Assembly (NCBI RefSeq): GCF_000260965.1
Contig: NC_017856.1
Location: 690,001-722,000 of the forward strand
Direction: 5' to 3'
DNA from: Methylophaga frappieri
GTDB taxonomy: Bacteria > Pseudomonadota > Gammaproteobacteria > Nitrosococcales > Methylophagaceae
DNA length: 32,000 nucleotides
This document shows, in pieces, positions 26,372 to 32,000 of this stretch. A program made the translations under genes and the position numbers. Below the pieces are notes generated by a model. That model was not told the origin of the DNA, searched no databases, and saw only the letters and a list, made by a program, of their open reading frames with translations. Within the stretch, counting starts at the first letter, position 1. Each line of letters opens with the position of its first letter.

Positions 26372-27733
26372 TTATTTAATCCAAACCTGTTTCGCATTAA
26401 CAAACTCACGAATACCATGCGGTCCCAACTCACGACCATAACCAGAGCCTTTAATACCACCGCTTGGTAACCGAGGATCCGTCTTTACAATACCATTGAT
26501 GGCAACTTGTCCTGCTTCAATTTGCAGTGCTAACTGTTCAGCCAGAGCCGTATCTGCTGTCCATATACCTGCGCCAAGCCCGTATTCGGTATCGTTTGCC
26601 ATTGCCATCGCCTGATCCAGGTTATCTGCTTTTATCAAAACCATAATAGGACCAAAGGTCTCTTCTCGGAACGCACACATGGTCGGGGTAACATCTGTCA
26701 ACAGCGTCACTGGGTAGAAAAAGCCAGCCGTGTCCGGTAAATAGCCGCCCAACAAACATTTGGCACCAGCAGCAACCGTATCTTCAACCTGCCGATGCAA
26801 ATTTTGTCTGAGATCCGCTCTGGCTATTGGTCCAATATCAGTACTCGATTGGCGCGGATCGCCTAACTGCAATCGACTCAATCTGTCTTTGACCAGCTCG
26901 ACAAACTGATCATATACAGACGCTGCGACAATCACGCGCTTGGCTGCGATACAGGATTGGCCAGCATTAATGATGCGAGAAAGACAAATCACATCGGCCG
27001 CTTGTGCCAGATCCGCATCTTCCAGCACTAAAACCGGATCGGAACCACCTAGTTCTAACACACAGGGTTTGACTTCACTGCCGGCAATCGCTGCGACTTT
27101 TTTTCCTGCGCCGCTTGAACCTGTAAAAGAGACAGCGGCAATGCGTGGATCACGAATCGCCAGCTCCACTTCTGGTGTTTCCAGTGGCAGGTTCACCATA
27201 ATATTATCGGGTGCACCGGCTTTAATAAACGCATTGGCAATCGCCTGCGCTGACTGAGGAACATGCGGATCATGTTTCATCACACAGGTATTGCCGGCCA
27301 TCAACGCTGGGGCCAAATAACGGAATGCCAACCACAGTGGTGCATTCCAGGGCAAAATACCGAGCAGCGTACCCAGTGGTTGGTAACAGACATAACTTCG
27401 ACTGGCATCCGAAGGGAGGACTTCCGAGTCAAGGTAGATATGGGCATTCTCCGCATAATGTTCGGCACAAAGAGCAGCCTTCTCCACCTCCGGCACACCT
27501 TCCTTGATTGGCTTGCCCATTTCCAAGGCCATTAATTCGGCAATTTCATGTTTTTCTGCACGTAGTTGTCTTGCTATCGCTCGGAGCACTGCTGCCCGGT
27601 CGGCATAAGACGTATCCCGCCAAGCAGGAAAAGCATCCACTGCCTCGCCAATACGCGCATACATTTCGTGTTTATCCAGTGCAGGAAAACGCTCCATTTC
27701 CTGTCCCGTTAACGGATTGGTAGCAACTAACAT
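26372..27733 (-). CDS. doeC: NAD(P)-dependent aldehyde dehydrogenase (succinate-semialdehyde DH-like; DoeC-like by context)
   Basis: 453 aa with ALDH blocks 'FTGSSGAGKKV', 'LELGGSDP' and catalytic Cys in 'NAGQSCIAAKR'. GAGG SD overlaps the stop of the upstream M24 gene. The symbol is assigned from operon context only. Confidence 0.75.
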   Translation of the reverse strand: MLVATNPLTGQEMERFPALDKHEMYARIGEAVDAFPAWRDTSYADRAAVLRAIARQLRAEKHEIAELMALEMGKPIKEGVPEVEKAALCAEHYAENAHIYLDSEVLPSDASRSYVCYQPLGTLLGILPWNAPLWLAFRYLAPALMAGNTCVMKHDPHVPQSAQAIANAFIKAGAPDNIMVNLPLETPEVELAIRDPRIAAVSFTGSSGAGKKVAAIAGSEVKPCVLELGGSDPVLVLEDADLAQAADVICLSRIINAGQSCIAAKRVIVAASVYDQFVELVKDRLSRLQLGDPRQSSTDIGPIARADLRQNLHRQVEDTVAAGAKCLLGGYLPDTAGFFYPVTLLTDVTPTMCAFREETFGPIMVLIKADNLDQAMAMANDTEYGLGAGIWTADTALAEQLALQIEAGQVAINGIVKTDPRLPSGGIKGSGYGRELGPHGIREFVNAKQVWIK

Positions 27734-27740
27734 AGCGACC

Positions 27741-28997
27741 TCAAGTAGTTTGTTTGGCGGGAGACTTCTTGTTTGATTTGCTAGTCTGTTCCTGGCGTGC
27801 AGAGTCCAGACTCAGCAATTTGCGATTCGCCGATGCCGGTTTCACAATAAAGTCTCTGTCCATGGTAAAGAAGGATTCACAGCCTTCCTCAGTAATATGG
27901 ATAGTGTCGGATATACCGCAGGTTTTATCACCATCTACGCCCCACATCCATGGAATGATATGAAAGGTCATGCCCGGTTTCATTACTGCTGATTCGCCCT
28001 GTTTCAAGCTGACGATATAGCCTTCATCCCAACTCGGCGGAAAAGCGATGCCAATAGAGTAGCCGCTGCGCGTGACCAGTCGGGCACCGATATCGTTTTT
28101 GGTAATGATATTGCGGATCAGATTATCCGCATCAGACACGGTCATGCCCGGTTGAAATTTACTGTGAACCGCGTCCAGCGCCATCTTCATAATTTCCTGC
28201 GCTTTGTACATTGACGGACTCAGTTCGCCCAGAATGATAGTCCGCATCATCGCTGTGTGATAACGGCGATAACAACCGCCTACTTCGAGGAAAACATGCT
28301 CATCTGTTTGCACTGTGCGTCCCTCCCATGTGGCATGACCGATCATGGTTCGAGGGCCGGAGGTCACATAGGGCATCACAGCGGGTGGTTCACCACCCGC
28401 CTGAAACATAGCAGCACTGATCGCTGCGCCGATCTCATTTTCCGTCACTCCCGCTTCACAGGCCTCTATGCCTGCCTTCATACCAGCTTCGGTGGCCCTT
28501 GCGGCATTTTGCATCAATGCGATTTCCATAGGGGATTTACAGACCCGGCCTTCTTCAACAATGCCAAAACAGTCCAGCAGCTTGCCGTCAGTGAGCGTGG
28601 TATGAATACAATCCTGATGGTAGGCGGGGAAAAAATAGCTATTGCGTTCGTAGCCAATACGTTTTTTGTCCAAGCCAAATTCACGTAATGCATCAACCAA
28701 CATCTGGATGGCATCGCCGGTATCTGGATAAGGACGCGTGACGTCAACCCAGGTTCGTTCAATGACATTGGATTCTTCAAGCTTACGCGTAATCATGAAC
28801 GGCTCTGTTTCCAAAGGCACAACCAGCGCTTGAAAGAATGAATAACCAGTCGTCTGATAGTCCGTCAGATACATGATGTTTTCCGGATCGGAAATCACCA
28901 CCGCATCCATATGTCGTTCTGAAATCCGCTGCCGCAGATCAGACAGTCGTCGTTCATATTCCTCAAAAGGAAAAGTCATATCATCCCGATGTCTCAT
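27741..28997 (-). CDS. doeA: M24-family (creatinase/prolidase fold) hydrolase, ectoine hydrolase DoeA/EutD-like
   Basis: 418 aa. It has a creatinase-type N-domain ('FEEYERRLSDLRQRI..DAVVISDPENIMYLT') and a pita-bread C-domain. In that domain the PepP-type metal-ligand block LIDAG..GDITRT reads 'FLEVGG..YHTAMMRT'. AGGAGG lies 5 nt upstream, and there is an ATGA overlap with the transaminase gene. The ectoine assignment comes from context plus family resemblance and is not proven. Confidence 0.65.
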   Translation of the reverse strand: MRHRDDMTFPFEEYERRLSDLRQRISERHMDAVVISDPENIMYLTDYQTTGYSFFQALVVPLETEPFMITRKLEESNVIERTWVDVTRPYPDTGDAIQMLVDALREFGLDKKRIGYERNSYFFPAYHQDCIHTTLTDGKLLDCFGIVEEGRVCKSPMEIALMQNAARATEAGMKAGIEACEAGVTENEIGAAISAAMFQAGGEPPAVMPYVTSGPRTMIGHATWEGRTVQTDEHVFLEVGGCYRRYHTAMMRTIILGELSPSMYKAQEIMKMALDAVHSKFQPGMTVSDADNLIRNIITKNDIGARLVTRSGYSIGIAFPPSWDEGYIVSLKQGESAVMKPGMTFHIIPWMWGVDGDKTCGISDTIHITEEGCESFFTMDRDFIVKPASANRKLLSLDSARQEQTSKSNKKSPAKQTT

Positions 28998-30271
28998 GCG
29001 GCCTCCTGCATCATTACGTTGTCTGTTGCGTCAATCAAAATGGCCAACCCCGCAGTTAAATCCGCCGCTGGAATAGTCAGTGGTGGAATAAGCTTGATAA
29101 CCCGACCGCCCGTACCACAGGCAGAAACCAACAAACCGGCATCAAAGCACTGCTGGACGATTTGTTTAGCGCGATCCCCATGTCCCGTATCCATACCAAA
29201 GATCATGCCTTTACCACTAAGATTTAACGCCGCATGTCGCTCAATTACCGGTTGTAAGGTTTGCCGCATCTGTTCACCCAACTGTTTGACGGTTTGCATC
29301 AGATTGTCATTATCAAAATAGTTTAAAGCGACGTCACCAGCGACAAAGGAAATATCCTGACCACGAAACGTACCCGTATGCTCACCGGGCAGCCAGTGTT
29401 GATCAAACTCGGGCTTGACCAGATTCATTGCCATGGGCGTGCCCAGTCCGCCAATGCCTTTGGCCAGACAAACAATGTCCGGGTCAATGTCCAAATCATC
29501 AAAGCTGAAGAAAGAGCCGGTTCGACCGACCCCAACCTGAATATCGTCAATAATCAGCAATGCCCCCACGTCTTTCGCCAATTGGCTCAGGGCAGCTATC
29601 CAATCCTTGTCGGCAACTTTAACGCCACCTTCTGCCTGAATCGTTTCGACCAAAAAAGCAGCGGGCGGCGTGACACCACTGGAGGAATCGGCATACATGG
29701 TGCGTAGCTGCGTTAAGCTCTCCATTCCAACCTCAGGACTAACTTCCGTTTGTTGTGCATCACAGCCAAAAGGGACGTGGGATACATAGTTCAATGGAAT
29801 ACCGGCTGCTCCCCGAAAATATTGATTTGCAGTCGCGCTTAATGCGCCTAATGTCATGCCATGAAAACCATGACTGAAAGCAACGATTTCCTGCCGGCCG
29901 GTTGCTCGACGGGCCAGTTTCATTGCTGCCTCCACTGCATTGGTACCCGTCGGCCCCATAAATTGCATTTTATGCGGCATATGCCGAGGTTTGAGAATGG
30001 TTTCTGTGAAATGCTCCATGAATTGACGTTTTGCCGTGGTATGCATATCAAGGCTGTGCAAAACACCATCTGACTGGATGTAATCGACCACAGCCTGAGT
30101 CATCAGCGCATTGTTATGCCCAAAATTCAGTACGCCGGCGCCAGCGAAAAAATCAATGTATTCTCGCCCGTTCTCGTCTGTTTGGCGTGCATTCTTGGCT
30201 TTGTCGAAAACCACCGGATAGACCCGACAATAGGCTCGTATCGCTGATTCTCGTTGTTCAAAAATACTCAT
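28994..30271 (-). CDS. doeD: diaminobutyrate--2-oxoglutarate transaminase (EctB/DoeD family)
   Basis: Closely parallels Halomonas EctB as I recall it: 'PVVFDKAKNARQTDENGREYIDFFAGAGVLNFGHNN', 'GPTGTNAVEAAMKLAR', 'IIDDIQVGVGRTGSFFSF'. GAGGAG lies 6 nt upstream of ATG 30271; the track starts at ATG 30277. Confidence 0.85.
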   Translation of the reverse strand: MSIFEQRESAIRAYCRVYPVVFDKAKNARQTDENGREYIDFFAGAGVLNFGHNNALMTQAVVDYIQSDGVLHSLDMHTTAKRQFMEHFTETILKPRHMPHKMQFMGPTGTNAVEAAMKLARRATGRQEIVAFSHGFHGMTLGALSATANQYFRGAAGIPLNYVSHVPFGCDAQQTEVSPEVGMESLTQLRTMYADSSSGVTPPAAFLVETIQAEGGVKVADKDWIAALSQLAKDVGALLIIDDIQVGVGRTGSFFSFDDLDIDPDIVCLAKGIGGLGTPMAMNLVKPEFDQHWLPGEHTGTFRGQDISFVAGDVALNYFDNDNLMQTVKQLGEQMRQTLQPVIERHAALNLSGKGMIFGMDTGHGDRAKQIVQQCFDAGLLVSACGTGGRVIKLIPPLTIPAADLTAGLAILIDATDNVMMQEAA

Positions 30272-30305
30272 GGACATCTCCTCATGGTTAGACGACTTGC
30301 TGTCG

Positions 30306-31475
30306 CTAGTTCAGCTCCTCCGGAAGCGGTGCGCCAACCAGGCGCGCGAATAATGCAGTGACCAATGGAATCAACCGGTCATTAAAATCATAATGGGGAC
30401 TATGGCAGGGTGCCTGATGTTCCGGACCATCATCACTTCCGATGAGTGCAAAGGCGCCAGGAATTTCTTGAAGGTAATAACTGAAATCTTCCGATGCCAT
30501 AATGGGCAGACGAATCTCTTGATGCAAGGCATCGGCCGTGTACATGGCACGCCAACTATCACGAATTTGTTGCGCCGGAGCAGCATGATTAATCGTTGCT
30601 TCATAGCGTGGTAAAATCGTAACTTCACAATTCACACCGTAGCTTGCTGCTGTCTGCTGTGCAATCTCTTCAATCAATTGATTCATCTTGGCACGGACGG
30701 CAGTGTCTGGCACCCGAATACTACCGCCTATTTTGGCCTGTTGGGGTATCACTGTCGCGGCGCTGGGCGCTTCAATTGAGGTAACACTTAACACCGCAGC
30801 CTGTTGTGGCGGCAGCCGCCGACTGATGATTTGCTGCAGATTGAGCGTGATAGCACTGGCAGCGAGCACGGGGTCTCGGCACAGTTCTGGTTGACTGGCA
30901 TGACCGCCTTGTCCGGTCACTGTTATTTCAAATGTACCATTGCCACACATGACAATGTCATCAGGACACACCAATTTGCCAAAAGGAATCGCCGGCCAAT
31001 TGTGCCACCCATAAATGCAGTCAACTCCCTCAAGTGCACCATCATGGATCATTTCTCGTGCACCATGACCGCCCTCTTCAGCCGGTTGAAAAATGAAGCT
31101 GACAGGACCCGAAAGCCGATTTTCATGATGCTTTAACCATTGCGCTGCGGCCATAAGCGTTGCTGTATGACCATCATGACCGCAGGCATGCATGGTGCCT
31201 GAATGTCGTGATGCCCAGGGATGGGTAGTCTGTTCGGTAATTGGTAACGCATCCATATCGCCTCGTAAAGCAATATGCGCACCAGGTTTATCTGCAGCAA
31301 GCGTTGCCACGGTACCGGTTTGTGCGCAAACTCGCCAGTTGATATCAAGCTGAGTCAACATTTCCCGCACTTTTGTTGCTGTTCGCTGTTCCTGCCACCC
31401 TTGTTCAGGATAAGTGTGCAGATCACGTCGAAACGCTTTTGCGCCGGTGATGGTTTTTTGCCAGACCGCTGACAT
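30306..31475 (-). CDS. M20D-family amidohydrolase (N-acyl-L-amino acid amidohydrolase / hippurate hydrolase-like)
   Basis: 'GTMHACGHDGHTATLMAAAQWL', 'FIFQPAEEGGHGA' and 'YGWHNWP' are the classical M20D (ILR1/HipO) metal-site blocks. Start set at ATG 31475, behind a strong SD (AGGGGAGGGAGT). Confidence 0.85.
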   Translation of the reverse strand: MSAVWQKTITGAKAFRRDLHTYPEQGWQEQRTATKVREMLTQLDINWRVCAQTGTVATLAADKPGAHIALRGDMDALPITEQTTHPWASRHSGTMHACGHDGHTATLMAAAQWLKHHENRLSGPVSFIFQPAEEGGHGAREMIHDGALEGVDCIYGWHNWPAIPFGKLVCPDDIVMCGNGTFEITVTGQGGHASQPELCRDPVLAASAITLNLQQIISRRLPPQQAAVLSVTSIEAPSAATVIPQQAKIGGSIRVPDTAVRAKMNQLIEEIAQQTAASYGVNCEVTILPRYEATINHAAPAQQIRDSWRAMYTADALHQEIRLPIMASEDFSYYLQEIPGAFALIGSDDGPEHQAPCHSPHYDFNDRLIPLVTALFARLVGAPLPEELN

Positions 31476-31494
31476 ACTCCCTCCCCTAATGCAG

Positions 31495-31509
31495 ACCAAT
31501 CAGATTGGT
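31495..31509. promoter_or_regulatory. palindrome ACCAAT-cag-ATTGGT upstream of the M20D/doe-like operon (candidate operator)
   Basis: Perfect 6-bp arms at 31495-31500 and 31504-31509, 20-34 nt upstream of the start codon at 31475. No regulator gene is visible in the window to pair it with. Confidence 0.25.
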
Positions 31510-31631
31510 TGGTTAATTTACTTTTTACAGTGAATAACTTTTCCCGGCTTTGCAATAACCTGTGCAATCGTCCTCATTCATGGCCAACGATAAGCGATAG
31601 CCTTAAGTCACTGATCGTCACCCATCTGAGG

Positions 31632-32000
31632 TCAATTCGACCAGTATTTTTCAATACTGATTTGACCTGGCTCACGCCGCGTGTGTCGTTTAAGACCGTG
31701 CTTTGTCAATACATCCATCGTCTCTTGAATCATGCCGGGATTACCACAAATAAGGACTTGGCTGTTGTCATCAAAAGTCATCCCCGTTGTCGCCGACAAA
31801 GTATCATCCTCTATCAAATCAGGTATTCGTCCACCCAGGCTGGTGTGATGTGACTCACGACTCACGACAGTGACATAGCGAAACTGGTCTGCATGATCGT
31901 GTTGTAGTTGCTTAATCGTATCTGAATAGCTCAGCTCTTCAGCAAAACGCACGGCGTGTAGCAGGCAAACCTGATCAAACTGCTGCCACACCGTCTCGGT
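31632..32000 (-). CDS. fpr: ferredoxin--NADP(+) reductase, C-terminal part (5' end beyond the window)
   Basis: The C-terminus 'LICGNPGMIQETMDVLTKHGLKRHTRREPGQISIEKYW' matches the Fpr NAD(P)-binding and C-terminal Tyr-Trp motif. The reading frame stays open to the window edge. Confidence 0.8.
   Translation of the reverse strand, partial: TETVWQQFDQVCLLHAVRFAEELSYSDTIKQLQHDHADQFRYVTVVSRESHHTSLGGRIPDLIEDDTLSATTGMTFDDNSQVLICGNPGMIQETMDVLTKHGLKRHTRREPGQISIEKYWSN

Noticed and set aside
31549-31568. Sigma54-like element on the minus strand (TTGCAC-aggtt-ATTGCA) upstream of the doe-like operon
   Set aside because: The near-invariant GG of the -24 box is missing (TTGCAC instead of TGGCAC). The GG-to-GC spacing is also off by one relative to TGGCACG-N4-TTGCW.
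1-32000. CRISPR arrays, tRNA/rRNA genes, IS elements, prophage genes, toxin-antitoxin pairs and known defence-system genes
   Set aside because: Reading both strands, I found no spaced direct-repeat arrays and no tRNA-like GTTCGAATC-type T-arms in intergenic regions. No intergenic gap is longer than about 200 bp, and I found no ORF with transposase, integrase, nuclease-helicase or TA-like features.

Overview
The window looks like a chromosomal segment of a Gram-negative, probably marine or halophilic gammaproteobacterium. That taxonomic guess rests only on gene content and is not verified. It is densely coding, with about 33 CDS, many of them translationally coupled.

I found no rRNA, tRNA, CRISPR array, transposase, integrase or phage gene.

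Gene content from left to right:
- hpt
- a BtuF/FecCD-type ABC importer (binding protein, ATPase, permease)
- trhO
- ggt
- a small membrane protein
- tatD-family hydrolase
- a MoxR AAA+ / DUF58 / TgpA-like transglutaminase triad
- tcdA, then a small HExxH protein, then a YbaK-like deacylase
- a basic secreted protein
- a YbiO-like MscS-family channel
- a polytopic membrane protein, a lipoprotein and an MFS transporter
- an arsR-arsC-acr3 operon, divergent from an atypical SDR gene
- pqiABC
- an orphan secreted protein
- a four-gene minus-strand operon: M20D amidohydrolase, DABA transaminase, M24 DoeA-like hydrolase, aldehyde dehydrogenase
- the 3' part of fpr

Most of this is ordinary housekeeping. 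The items most worth a second look are:
1. The ectoine-catabolism-like operon, where an M20D amidohydrolase sits where the AstE/AspA-type DoeB deacetylase is expected.
2. The conserved but mechanistically unexplained MoxR-DUF58-transglutaminase module.
3. The arsR/SDR divergent control region, which carries a repeated TGTCAAT heptamer and an apparently leaderless arsR.
4. Several uncharacterised small genes: the HExxH protein between tcdA and the ybaK-like gene, and two secreted proteins.

I cannot show from sequence alone that any of these is truly undescribed. All family assignments come from motif recognition by eye, not from searches.
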